Assembly (NCBI RefSeq): GCF_004010195.1
Contig: NC_057719.1
Location: 93,912,215-93,947,359, forward strand
DNA from: Chiloscyllium plagiosum
Taxonomy: Eukaryota
Length of the DNA stretch: 35,145 bases
Direction of reading: 5' to 3'
Positions 22,061-33,612 of this stretch are shown here, piece by piece. Every line of letters begins with the position of its first letter. Position 1 is the first letter of the stretch. Position numbers and translations under genes: made by a program. Under the pieces are notes generated by a model that was not told where the DNA came from, did not search any database, and was given only the letters and a program-made list of their open reading frames with translations.

Positions 22061-22499
22061 GAGTTGAATAACAGGAAGAGTGATTATGGCTGCAGCGGTG
22101 ACATTGGGCACAGGTACATCTGAGGCTGTCGGGGAAGCTTTCAGCCTGACAGCCACACTGTTATTCATTATTGACATCCCCTCTCCCACCTCCATCCATC
22201 ACCATCAACACACAGTGACATTGGTTGGTGTGAGCTTCACGCAGTTCGTGTCGAGACAGAGTGACATCAATGGATGGGATTGTGCACCATCAAGTTCTGT
22301 GTCACCATGATGGGCTAAATTCACAGCAAATAGAAGGCAGTGTCCTCCTACTGTCAGTGTTGCTGGGAGTGAAGACTTTACAGATATAATTCCAGTCAAG
22401 CTACTGCTTTAACCTAAATGGAGTCAAGCATCTTAAGTGTTGTGCCTTGTAGATGGTGGACAGTCCTTAAGGAGTCAGGAAGTGCCATACACATGAACC

Positions 22500-23185
22500 A
22501 CCTGATCGAAGGACCTGTGGGCAGATTTTGTAAGTTTGCAGATGATGCAATGATAATTTTGAGGAAGTGAAACGGCTGCCCAAAGACTTGGACAGTTTAG
22601 GGCTGTGGGAAAACATATGGCTGATGGAACACAATATGGGATTGTGTGAGATTATGCATTTTAGTAGGCGGAATAGAGGCAGACACTATGTCCTAGTAGG
22701 ACCCCATGAAATCTGAAGCACAAAAGGATTTTAAAGCCCTCGTCCTCTCTTATGGTAAAAGTGCAGGTTCAGTTGGCAGTTAGGAAAGCAAGTGCAATGT
22801 TAGCGTTCATTTCAAGAGAACAAGAATACAAGAGAGGAGACTTACAGCAGAGAATGTAATGGGCTATGGTCAGATTGCATTTGGAATATTGGGAGCTGTT
22901 TTGGGGAGTGATCTGCTGGTGTTGGAGGTGATCCATCCTGGGAATGACGTGTCGTCATATGAGCAGTAGTTGGGGGCTCTGTGTTCGTACTCAATGGAAT
23001 TTCGAATGATGGGGGCAGCGGTGGCTAATCGAAACTGATCGATTACTGTAAAGATTGATACAGTAAGCGTGTAGGAGATATTTCCAATAGTCATAGAGAC
23101 TATGACAATGTATCACAGTTTCAGAGTGAACAAATGGGCTGAATGGCTTAACTCTACTGCTCTATCTCATGCCCTTATTGTTATA
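22500..23185 (+). mobile_element. CR1 LINE 3' part (RT core to 3' tail), nested in an older LINE fragment
   Basis: aagtttgcagatgat (KFADD), gagattatgcattttagtaggcggaat (EIMHFSRRN), and tail aaatgggctgaatggcttaactctactgctctatctcatgcccttattg. The flanks 22440-22495 and 23200-23300 together match 24150-24310. Confidence 0.8.
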
Positions 23186-23639
23186 GGGTCTATTATTCAT
23201 TGCAGAATTGAAAGCCTCCGACCTGCTCTTATAACCCTTGTATTTTTATGTTGTTTTGACAACACGTTCTGGTCAATGATAACCCCTGTGATATGGACAG
23301 TGGGAGGATTTAGTGTCGGTCAGTAGTCCAATAATATTTTGAATATGAACTGCTATCTGTGAGTCTCATTTGGCGGGAGTACATTGTCTCTACGATGATT
23401 GCCATTTTCAGTTGGTATTTTCGAAGGATCGATCCAGTGGCGCCAGTGTTGTTGAATTTAACAAAACTGGTGCAATTTATCACAGCACTCAGCAACAATG
23501 AGCCATAGAACACTGAGCAATCTTCTAATAACAGAAAAGTTTAAAACGTTCAGTATCAGAAACATTGCTTTCCTGCTCGTATTCAAATGAGACAATCCAT
23601 CCCATCGAGATGCTCAACTTGGAACTATCTTTTAGGATC

Positions 23640-26345
23640 TTATTTGGATGTGGGCATCACTGGATGGCCCCCCATTTCTTACCTGTCCGTATTTGCCCCC
23701 TGGAGAAAGTGGTGCTGAGCTGCTTTCTTGAACCGCTGCAGTCCGCCTGCCTGCTGTGCGTTGACTCACAATGCTATTAGGGAGGTAATTCCAGTGTTTT
23801 GACCCAGCAACAGTGAAGGAAGGGCGATACATTTCCAAATGAGGATGGTGACTGGTTTCATGGGGAATTTGAAGGTGGTGGTGTTACCAAAGATCCGCTG
23901 CCCTTGACATTCTCGATGGAAGTGTTCGTGGGAATGCAAGGTGCTGCCTGAGGATCTTTGGGGAATTTCTGCAGTGCGTCTTGTCGATAGTACACACTGC
24001 TACTACTGAGCGCTGATGGTGGAGGGAGTGAATGCTTGTGGATGTGGTGCCAATCAAATGGGCTGCTTTGTCTGGGATGGTGACAAGTTTCTTTAGGGGT
24101 TGCTCTCATTCAGGCAATTGGGGAATATTCCATCCCATTCCTGATTTCTGCCTTGTAGATGTTGGACAGGCTTTGGGTAGTCAGGAGGTGAGTTTCTCGT
24201 GCAGTATTCCTAGCCTCTGATCTGCTCTTATATTTATGTGGTGAGTCCAGTTGAGTTTCTGGTCAATAATAACCACCAGGATATTGACAGTAGATGAATT
24301 AAGTGATGATAATGCTGCTGAATACCAAGTAGTTATATTGTTTCTGATTGGTAATGGTCACTTTTTGGCATTTATGTGGCTTGAATGTTATTTCCATGTT
24401 TGAACCAAGGCTGTGATGAGATCAGGAACTGAGTGACCCGAGTAGAACCCAAACTGGGCGTCACTGATCAAGTTATTGCTGAGCAGGTGCTGCTTGATAA
24501 CACTGTTGACGACCCCTTCCATCATTTAATGATGATGGAGAGCAGACTGATGGCCGTGTTAAATCTGTCCTGCCTATTACGTCCAGAGCATACTTGAGTA
24601 GTTTTTCTCCCCCATTGTTGTTTTGTAACCGTACTGGAACAGCTTTTCTAGGGGAGCGGGAAGTTCGGGAGCGCAAGCCTTCAGGACTGCGGCCAGCATT
24701 CTATCAGGGCCCGTGGCCTTTGCAGTATCCAGTGCCTTCAACTGTTTCTTGACATCAGTCAATGGAAGTTGCTGAAGACTGCTATCAGTAATGAAGGGGA
24801 CCACGGGAGGAGGCCGAAATGGATCATCCACTCGAAACTTCTGACTGAAGAATTCTGTGAAAGCTTCAGCCTTATCTTTTGCACTGATGTTCTGAGCTCT
24901 TTCATCGTTGAAAATGGGGATATTTCAGGAGACTCCGACTCTGGGACGTGTTTAATTGTCCACCACCATCCACGATCTTATTGGAAGGACTGCAGAGCTT
25001 AGATCTGGTGGGTTGGTTGTGGGATCGCTTTGCTCTGTCTGTACCTTGCTCTTTTTGCTATCTGGCACGCAAGTAGCTCTCCTTGGAAACTAAAGCAGAT
25101 TGACATTTACAGCTCCTGGCGTGCGCTTCTGCCTCTCCATTGAAGCAGAGTTGATCCTCTGGCTTGATAGTGATGGTTGAGAGGGGGATAAGCTGGGCCG
25201 TGGCGTTACAGATTGTGCTGGAGTACAATTCTGCTGCTATTGACTGTCCACAGTGTCATATGGATGCTCAGTCTTGAGTTGCTAGATCTGTTCGAAGTCT
25301 GTGCCATTTAGCATGGTGATAGTGCCACACAACAAAATAGAGTTTATTCTCAAGGAGAAGTTGACACTTTCTCTCCACAACGGCTGGTTGGTGGTCACTT
25401 TTACAGATACTGTCCTGGACAGATACATCTGCAGTTGGTAGATTCGTAAGGTTGAGGTGAGGTAAGTCTTTTTTTCCCTGTCATTCATTCCCTCACGACC
25501 TGCAGCAGACCAAATCTAGTAGCTATGTCCTTGAGGACCCAATCAGCGTGATCAGTAGTACTGCTGCCAAACTACTCTTAGTGGTCTACTATGAAATCCC
25601 CCAGCCAGAATACTTTTTTGTGTTCTTTCCATAGTTAGTGGGTTAACATGAAGGAGAACTGGTCCAGCTGAGGAACGATGTTACGTAAGAGGCTTCTTTG
25701 GCCCCATTTAAACTGAAGCCATTTCCCATCTGGATCACACTGAACTGCTCCCTCTGCTGGATCAGTCCTGCTTTTGGGAGAGAACATATCCAGGAACGGT
25801 GATGATGGTGCCTGGGTTATTTCTGCAAGGTATGATTCCATGAGTATGACTATGTCAGGCTGTTGCTTGACTAGTCGGTAAGGCAGTTGTTCCAATGTTG
25901 GTACTAGTGCATAGATGTTAGTAAGGAGGACTTTGCAATTTCGACAGAAATGTTTCTAATGTTGACTTTTCCGGTGCACAGTTTGATGCCAGTTGGTTTC
26001 ATTTCTTTGAGACTTTGGAACGATTGGTACAAATGAAGATTTGCTAGAGCATTTCAGAGGGCAATTGAGAGTCAATGACATTGCTTTGGGTCTGGAATCA
26101 CATGTCGGTCAGACCAGGTGAGGAGGGAAGAGTCCTTCATTGAAAGATATCAGTGAAACCAGATGGGTTTTCTGACAATCGTCTTTGAAATCATTCTCTT
26201 GAGGAGATTCTTAATTCTAGGGATATCTTTAAATTATTGAATTGAATTTCCACTATCTGCAGTGGCGGGATTCGAACCTGGATCCACAGAACAGGAGCTG
26301 ATTTTCTGGATTGATAATCCAGTGATAATACCATGAGGCCCTACT
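23640..26345 (-). mobile_element. CR1/L2-group LINE with a tRNA-derived 5' head, endonuclease and RT remnants and a 3' tail; internally deleted and degenerate
   Basis: B box GGTTCGAATCC on the minus strand at 26268-26278; EN peptide LPYRLVKQQPDIVILMESYL; RT-linker peptide VKKQLKALDTAKATGPDRMLAAVLKACAPELPAPLEKLFQY; C-terminal SFTVAGSKHWNYLPNSIV; 3' tail near 23640-23700. Confidence 0.85.
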
Positions 26346-26699
26346 TGGAACCACATGTCGTACTCAGCTGCCAATTGTTGTGTTGTCCTTTTTATTTTCA
26401 TGGCTTATATTATTCTGGAATCTCATCCTTCAGTAAATCCTGTTTGAAATACACGGTGATGAATGTCCTCTCGACTGCTCGAATTTCATTAAGGCTGTTT
26501 TGATTTTACAGACATTTCAAGGCAGGTGCACATTAGAAAAGAACAGGAAGATGTCATGGGTGATTGTGCATTGTACCTGTCACCGGACCAGCGTTTCTGC
26601 CCAGACACCTAAAGTATTTATTGTGGGTCAGAGAACCTCAGAATTATTATAGTACAGATGGAGGCCGGTCAGCTCATCATTGCTCAATTGGAGATAGAG

Positions 26700-26870
26700 A
26701 TAGTGTGTGGAGATAGATTGCGTGTGAGAGAAATAAACAGAGAGAAAGAAAGTGAAGGGAGATAATCTGACAGAGGATAGAAAGGGGAGCGACTGACTGA
26801 GTGGAAGAGGAAGAGGTGTGAGATCAGGGTGAAGTTAGGTATATCAGAAGACAGCATGAAAGTATATAGA
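26700..26870. repeat. Purine-rich (GA) low-complexity tract
   Basis: gagagaaataaacagagagaaagaaagtgaagggagataatctgacagaggatagaaaggggagcg... Confidence 0.6.
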
Positions 26871-26999
26871 TATGGGCAGGCAGAAGTTAGATGTTTTATT
26901 TAGAATTTCCTCTGGACTGCAAGCCCTTTGTCTGGGCACCATACCTTGTGAGCATTGTACTGATACTCGCTGTCATCCCAGATTATTTATTTCCAATAA

Positions 27000-27580
27000 A
27001 ATCACAGAGTTGTTTACTGAAAGACAAACAGAACCCATTAGGCCAATAGAGTAGTTCCATGGAGAAGGCAGAGTTTTTAAATATTGGTGACTCGGAACAC
27101 AACTGTCCCTCCGCCCAGTCTAAACAGCCATGTCCCCCCTTGTTTTCCAACTTCTGTCTTTTCCCCAATGTCATAATCACAATGTAATTGAAATCCATTA
27201 AATGACACTTCATCATAGTTCCTTAACATCGAGAACATCAACATATGACCCATACCCACCCTCTCTGATCCTTGAATAACATTCTGAATTGTGTTTGTCA
27301 CGTACAATTCTCTGTTAATATATCCATGCCAATTGTTTGTTATAACTCATGTTTTCTTATGCACATTTTGCTATCAGATCATGGATGATAGATGCTCTCT
27401 CAACGTTTTACTGATATTGCAATGACTGATCTGTAGTTACAGGATTTATTTCTCTAATTATAAGCAGAGGTGCATATTTATGTTCTGCTAAACCTCTGGC
27501 AATACTTCCATATCCAAGGCAGACTGAATAATTACACACAATCAATCTGCCATGTTCAACATCCTTTCCTTCAGTTTCAC
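27000..27580 (-). mobile_element. Highly degenerate CR1 fragments (3' tail and RT pieces)
   Basis: gaacccattaggccaatagag (tail-like), cttctgtcttttccccaatg (HWGKDRS-like), and actgatctgtagttacaggattt (NPVTTDQ, like NPGNYRPVS). Confidence 0.4.
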
Positions 27581-27879
27581 TCACATATCAAATCCAGAAT
27601 ACATAAATGTTCAAAGTTATTTTGAAATTTAATAAAACGGTATTGAATTGATAGGGGTTAACTGGAGCTATTTGTTCAGCGATTGTGATTATGTCAGTCT
27701 CCATGGATCCTATACGTCCCAAGAGAGTTTCATTCTTCTATCAATAAGGGAATACTTTCAGTGTTTTATTCCATAGTATGAGCGGTACATGAGCAACAGC
27801 AGTAACAAGGATCCGTAGCTTCAAAGAGAGGGTGAGGAGAGATCAGAAACTGGTAATAATAGACTGGAATTTTCCAACA

Positions 27880-28012
27880 ATGGACAGGAGTTTATCCGAT
27901 GGTCTTTACTCGCTTTCCCAGCCTTTGAAATCAATAGCATGGCAGATTGAAGATGTGCTGATGGTTATTCAAGCTGGTTACTATCCTATTCTTGCTATAG
28001 TTGGTGTTCCTG
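27880..28012 (+). CDS. First coding exon of a GPR139-like orphan class A GPCR (N-terminus plus start of TM1); partial gene
   Basis: ATG at 27880 in good context (acaATGg). Translates MDRSLSDGLYSLSQPLKSIAWQIEDVLMVIQAGYYPILAIVGVP+G, then a consensus donor G|GTAAGT at 28013 (phase 1). YYP.L...G.P followed by an intron just before the TM1 Asn is the recalled structure of GPR139/GPR142-like genes. Exon 2 was not found in the window. Confidence 0.75.
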
Positions 28013-28329
28013 GTAAGTCACCCTGTCTATCTAGTGAAACGGTCTAAACTGAATTGATGCTCATGATATGTAAATTTTGGAAAGGTGCAAGTCAACTTTT
28101 TCAGTCCCAATCAATTATTCCATTCTTCGAACTTATAAGGAGCAAATTACTCCATAAAATTGCTCACCAATATGCGAGGATGAAACACATTGTTCTCAAT
28201 CTCCTTGATTCATTTTCTCCTGCAAAGTTTACATCTCCATATCCTCCCCACATACCAATCCTGTGCAGTACCACCATTAAGATGTTCCAGTCTTCTTCTC
28301 AGCCTCAGTATCTGGTGTATTGTGGACTG

Positions 28330-28850
28330 ATTGACTCTCCTTTATAAGGAGTGATCTCCTTATCAGAGAGAGAGTTCCATCAGATTAATGCATGTGATGA
28401 TGGCATAATGAGGAGTGAGTGAAGGCTAATCTGTAGCGCTGTGAGAGAATACAAGTTGTTTGCATTGAACTCTGATGGGGATGGACAATCACTCCTTATG
28501 TTCTAAACAGACAATGAGAAGGTGATAAATTCCATGACTTCTGTTTCACCCAGGCTGCATGATTCAGGATAGTTTAAGTGCTTGGTAGGACGTTATGCCT
28601 ACCCACCCTAACCCCTACTCCCCACGGCGATTGAGAGAGACAGAGAGGTCCAGGTTTGAATAAACTCTCACCACATTAATACAGTGCAGTTGGTGTGTTA
28701 TCCTGCACTGAATGTCATATTATCCACCATCCCGACAGCAGCCACAATACCTTCATTCTAAAAGAGTTAACTATTCCCACCAGCTTCTGACCTTCATGAA
28801 GAACATGAATCCATTTTCTCAGAGATGCAATGTGCCTCCTTAAGGTTTAG
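28330..28850 (+). repeat. Unclassified repeat in GPCR intron 1, homologous to 4228-4870
   Basis: Shares the same colinear blocks as 4228-4870; this copy lacks the CR1 tail insertion. Confidence 0.75.
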
Positions 28851-28851
28851 A

Positions 28852-31610
28852 CTATAAGACGATAAGGCATAGGAGCAAAATTGACGGCAGTTAGCCCATC
28901 GAACCTGCTCCGCCATTCATTCACCGCTGTTAGGTTTCTGACCTTCTCCCTGTAACCCTTGATCATCTGGATAATTAAAAGTCTATCTATTTCCGTCTCA
29001 AATATACTCAATGACCTGCCCTACAGCCTTCTGCTGTAATAAATATCAAAGATTAACCAGTCTCTGGTTAAACACGGTTCTCCTCGTCACTGTTCTAAAA
29101 GTGTTCCTTTTATTCTAAGGCTCCTCAGGTCCCAGTCCAATGGAAACATCTTATCAACATTCTCTCTGTCCAAGTCATTCGGTATTCTATATGTTTCAAT
29201 TACATTCCCTCTCATGCTTCTAAACTTTATCGACTGTAGACCCAGAGTCCTCAAAGATTTCTCATGCAATAAGCTTTTCATTCCTATGATCATTCTCGTG
29301 AAAATCTTCTGAACACGCTCCAGGGCCAGTACATCCTTCCTGAGATATGGGGCTCAAAAGTGCGCGCAATACTCCAAATGTGGTCTGACCAGAGCCATTT
29401 ACAGCCTGATCTTATATTCAATTCCTCTCGTAGTAAATGCCACCAATAATAAATACAATTGTTTCCTAACTACTGCCTCAATCTGCAAGCTTACCTTGAG
29501 AGAACCCTGCACAAAAACTCTCAAGTCCATTTGCACTTCAGATTTCAGAATTTTCTCCCCTTTTAGAAAATAGAACTTGCCTCTATTCTTCGTGCCAAAG
29601 TGCATGACCTCACACTTTCCCACGTTAGAATGCATCTGCCGTTCTGTTTACCTGTCCAAAGTCCTTCTTAAGCCTCTCCGCTTCCTCAATACGCCCGTCC
29701 ATTTGCCTATCTTTGTATCTTCCGAAAACTTAAACAGAGGGTCCTCAATTCCCTCATCTAGATTGTTAACGTCACATGTAAAATGTTATGATTCCAACAC
29801 TGGGTCTTGTGGAACACAACTTGTTACCAGCTGCCATCCCAAGAAAGACAATTTTATCTCCACTCTCTGCTTTCTGCCAGGTAGACAAGTTGTATTCATG
29901 CCACTACCTTGCATCTAACACCACGGACCCTTATCATACTCAGTAATCTCCTGTGTGATAACTTGTCAAAGGCCTTCTTGGAGTCCACGTGGATAACATC
30001 TATTGGCTGTGCTTGGTCGAGCCTGCTCATTTCCTCTTCAAAGAATTCCAACAGATTTATCAGGCATGACCTTCCCTTGAAACCATGCTGACTTTGCCCT
30101 ATTTTACCAAACACTTCCAAATATTCAGAAACCTCATCTTTCACATTGGATTCCAGGATCTTACCCACGACCGAAGTTAAGCTACTCATTGTGCATTTTT
30201 TTTGTCTTTTCTCTTACTCCATTGTTAAAATGGGGTGTCACGTCAGTGGATTTTCAGTGCTCTGGGATCGCTCCTTACTCTAAGTAATTTTTCAGTTCCT
30301 CGGCCTTTTTCTTAGCCCCCACTACTGTCTCTTCAGTATCATTTTCCAGCAGTCCAATGCCCACTTGCCCTCTCTTTTATACTTTGTATATCGAAGGGAA
30401 CTCTTGCAGACTTCCTTTACGTTACTGACTAGCTTATCCCCATATTTAATAATCGCCCTCCTTATTTTATTTTGTTTGTCCTCTGTTTGTCTTTGTAAGT
30501 TTCCCAGTCCTCTGGTTTCCCACTGCTTTTTGCCACATTATATCCTTTCTCTTTTGCTTTTATGCTGTACCTGCCATGGTTGCCTCATCCTCTCTGTACC
30601 ATGCCTCTTTTTACTTGGGATAAATCTCTGCTGTATCCTGAATTAGTCCAAAAATCTCCTGCCATTGCTTTTGCACTGTCTTTCCTGCTGGGCCCGTCTT
30701 CCAGTCAATTCTACCCAGCTCCTCACTCATGCCTCTGTAATTCCCTTTATTCAGCTTTAATACCGTTACCTCTGATTCTAAATTCTCCATCTGAAATTGC
30801 AGAGTAAGTTCAATCATATTATGATCACTGCCTGCTGATTTCCTTCACCTTAAGCTCCTTGATCTAGTCTGTCTGTACAAGCTGCTACAAAATGCCATTT
30901 CATAGACATTCCACAAAATCATTTCCTTGAAAACCACTATCAACCTGAATTCGCAGTCCACCTACGAAGCGAAACCCCACATTATCACTGTAACTTTGGC
31001 TTTCCTACAGGTCTTTCGAGCTCCTGGTGTATCTTGCACCCCAGCTCCTGACTACTGTTTGGAGGCCTGTAAATAACTCCAACTGCATTTTTTTTTAACT
31101 TTTTAATTGCTCAAATCTACTGGCACAGATTCTACACCATCTGGCCTTATTTCATTGCTTATTATTGATTCAATTCAATTTCTTCCTAATGAGCCAACTC
31201 TCTCCCTCTGCACCTGCCAATCTTTTCGACAGGATGAATATTCTTGAATATGCAGCTCCCAGTCCTGATCCTCTTGTCGCGATGTCACCGTAATGCCCAC
31301 CATGTCGTACCTGCCAATTTGTGTCTGGGTCACAAGCTCAGTTACTTTACTCCTTATACTGCATGCATTCCGATATAACAGTTCAGTCCTGTATTACCCG
31401 TCGGTCTTCTCATTGTCATTTGTTTGTCCAGCCCTTGGTACCTACATGGACCCTGACCACAGGATCATTCCTCTCCCACTCCAAGTTCTTCTGCAGCCCA
31501 GATGACAAATCCCAAGCCCAAGCACCAGGTAGGCAACACAACATTCAGGACTCTCAATTCTGGTCAGCGAGAACAGTATTTATGCCTCTATCTATACTAT
31601 CTCCAATTAT
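28852..31610 (-). mobile_element. CR1 LINE (ORF1 piece, ORF2 EN and RT, 3' tail), degenerate, antisense within the putative GPCR intron
   Basis: SLTSVVGKILESNVKDEVSEYLEVFGKIGQSQHGFKGRSCLINLLEFFEEEMSRLDQAQPIDVIHVDSKKAFDKLSHRRLL; NVGKCEVMHFGTKNRG; SDHNMIELTLQFQMENLESEVTVLKLNKGNY; tail taagacgataaggcataggagc at 28855. Confidence 0.92.
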
Positions 31611-31618
31611 CCATCATT

Positions 31619-31735
31619 AGGCAGCACGGTGACACAGCACTGCTGCCTCACAGTGCTAGTGACTCGGTTTCAATTCAAATTTCTGGACCCTGTCTGGGTG
31701 AAGATTATATATTCTTCCTATGTCTGCATTGGGAG
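31619..31735 (+). mobile_element. HE1-like SINE, 5' fragment
   Basis: ggcagcacggtgacacagcactgctgcctcacagtgctagtgactcggtttcaattc...ctgtctgggtgaag; same head as 16031. Confidence 0.75.
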
Positions 31736-32409
31736 CATTAATTCTTTTCTCCCTCCACAGTATGCCTCTGTGTTTGCTTCGGGTCTCTGCCATCTACAGT
31801 ATTTTTGCTTTTGTTTGATGGAGAAATACAGAAAATGTGACAGGTTTTTGTAAAAGCAACCTTGGTTCTCGGGTTCCCAGGGTGTTTAGGAATCTGCCGA
31901 GCCACTTGTGCAGTGCAGTGTGCCTGCATACCCACTCCATCTCTCTCAGTCCCTCAGTCTATCGTCACTACATGCAGTCTTTCCTTGTGCCACCCCCGGG
32001 ACTCCCCACATTGCATCACCTGGCACTGGACACTTCCAACGCACGACTGTGCACCCAACGATACTGGGCACTTTCTGACCCGCTAGGGATGCTGGATAAA
32101 GACCCTGCCATTGAAAGGAAGAGAATAACTAAAATCTAATTGAACAGCAAAGCAGAGTAAACAGCATCCACCTGCCCTGACATTTCCTAATCTTCTGCTT
32201 ATCCTTGTCCATCTCCAAATGGATGGTCCATATGTATACCATGTCAAATAGGTTCGGTGGAGGCGATAGATATCAGATCCTATGCTCATTGAACTGATTC
32301 AGTGGACACTACGTTTTTAGTTAGTGAGGTCACACTTTAGTTTTTATCATCAAATCCATCCATTTTAAAGAAAAGGTCTTGCCAGAGTTGTGCATTTTGA
32401 ATACTGAAG

Positions 32410-32860
32410 AGACTAGAATATGTCACGTGCCAGTGATGTTAGGAATAGGAAAGTATTACAGTTAAATACACGGCCAAACAGTTGGCAGGGAGTCTGCACT
32501 TCTGACATGTGGATCATTGGGATTCCCGGGTCTGTAGGATATACACAAGAAGGACGGGATGGACCTGAACTGGCAGCAATCTCCTGGCAGGCAATTTTGC
32601 TGTTGTCACTAAGGAGGGTTTCAACTAGTGAGGCACTGGGGAGTGGGAACCAGAACAGTATGTCCACAATACAGTGGCTGAGGAAGAATTGGAGGTTAAA
32701 ACCATGCTGCTAAGACCAACAAAGAAGCAGAGGGTAGTGAACACAATAGGACTGGCAGTCTGAAGTGTGATTAGTTGAATGTGAAGAATCTGGCAGGTCA
32801 GAACTTGGAGCTTGGATGAGTACATATAACTACAATGTAAATAATCTAGAGATTTCATTG
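32410..32860 (+). mobile_element. CR1 ORF1 (esterase) end / ORF2 start fragment, degenerate
   Basis: ORF 32420..32713 RASDVRNRKVLQLNT..W; DGPELAAISWQA region; aaggagggtttcaactag; then gtctgaagtgtgattagttgaatgtgaagaat (LKC..LN.R-like ORF2 start). Confidence 0.6.
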
Positions 32861-33112
32861 AGAGAGAGAGAGAAGAGAGCAATCAATCCAATGGGTGCAG
32901 AAATAGTTGCCGAATATGAATGAGTGGCTGGAGCCAGTTGTTTAAAGTAAAGTAATTATCCAGCACTTTATCGAAATCGGATTGTGTGTGATGTGATTCA
33001 ATGCACAGATTGAAGTGACAAAGGAGGAAACTGAAATTGTCTGTTTAAAATATTTTCTGCTTTACTGACAGTATTTTGTAATCGCCCGTCACCCGAAAAT
33101 AGAAGCGAAGAA

Positions 33113-33612
33113 NNNNNNNNNNNNNNNNNNNNNNNNNNNNNNNNNNNNNNNNNNNNNNNNNNNNNNNNNNNNNNNNNNNNNNNNNNNNNNNNNNNNNNNN
33201 NNNNNNNNNNNNNNNNNNNNNNNNNNNNNNNNNNNNNNNNNNNNNNNNNNNNNNNNNNNNNNNNNNNNNNNNNNNNNNNNNNNNNNNNNNNNNNNNNNNN
33301 NNNNNNNNNNNNNNNNNNNNNNNNNNNNNNNNNNNNNNNNNNNNNNNNNNNNNNNNNNNNNNNNNNNNNNNNNNNNNNNNNNNNNNNNNNNNNNNNNNNN
33401 NNNNNNNNNNNNNNNNNNNNNNNNNNNNNNNNNNNNNNNNNNNNNNNNNNNNNNNNNNNNNNNNNNNNNNNNNNNNNNNNNNNNNNNNNNNNNNNNNNNN
33501 NNNNNNNNNNNNNNNNNNNNNNNNNNNNNNNNNNNNNNNNNNNNNNNNNNNNNNNNNNNNNNNNNNNNNNNNNNNNNNNNNNNNNNNNNNNNNNNNNNNN
33601 NNNNNNNNNNNN
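33113..33612. other. Assembly gap, exactly 500 N
   Basis: Run of 500 N. The round size suggests an arbitrary scaffolding spacer of unknown true length. Confidence 0.98.

Noticed and set aside
23310..23525. Minus-strand 67-aa ORF preceded by an acceptor-like ttttctgttattag
   Set aside because: No recognisable protein similarity and no partner exons; the length is within chance expectation.
26255..26345. tRNA gene suggested by the perfect B box (also 3811-3822 and 16031-16100)
   Set aside because: No cloverleaf can be formed; these are tRNA-derived heads of retroposons.
31843..31885. ggtttttgt nonamer, plus scattered cacagtg heptamers (e.g. 22211), as V(D)J recombination signals of a shark Ig/TCR cluster
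   Set aside because: No heptamer-nonamer pair at 12/23 spacing and no V, D or J coding segments nearby.
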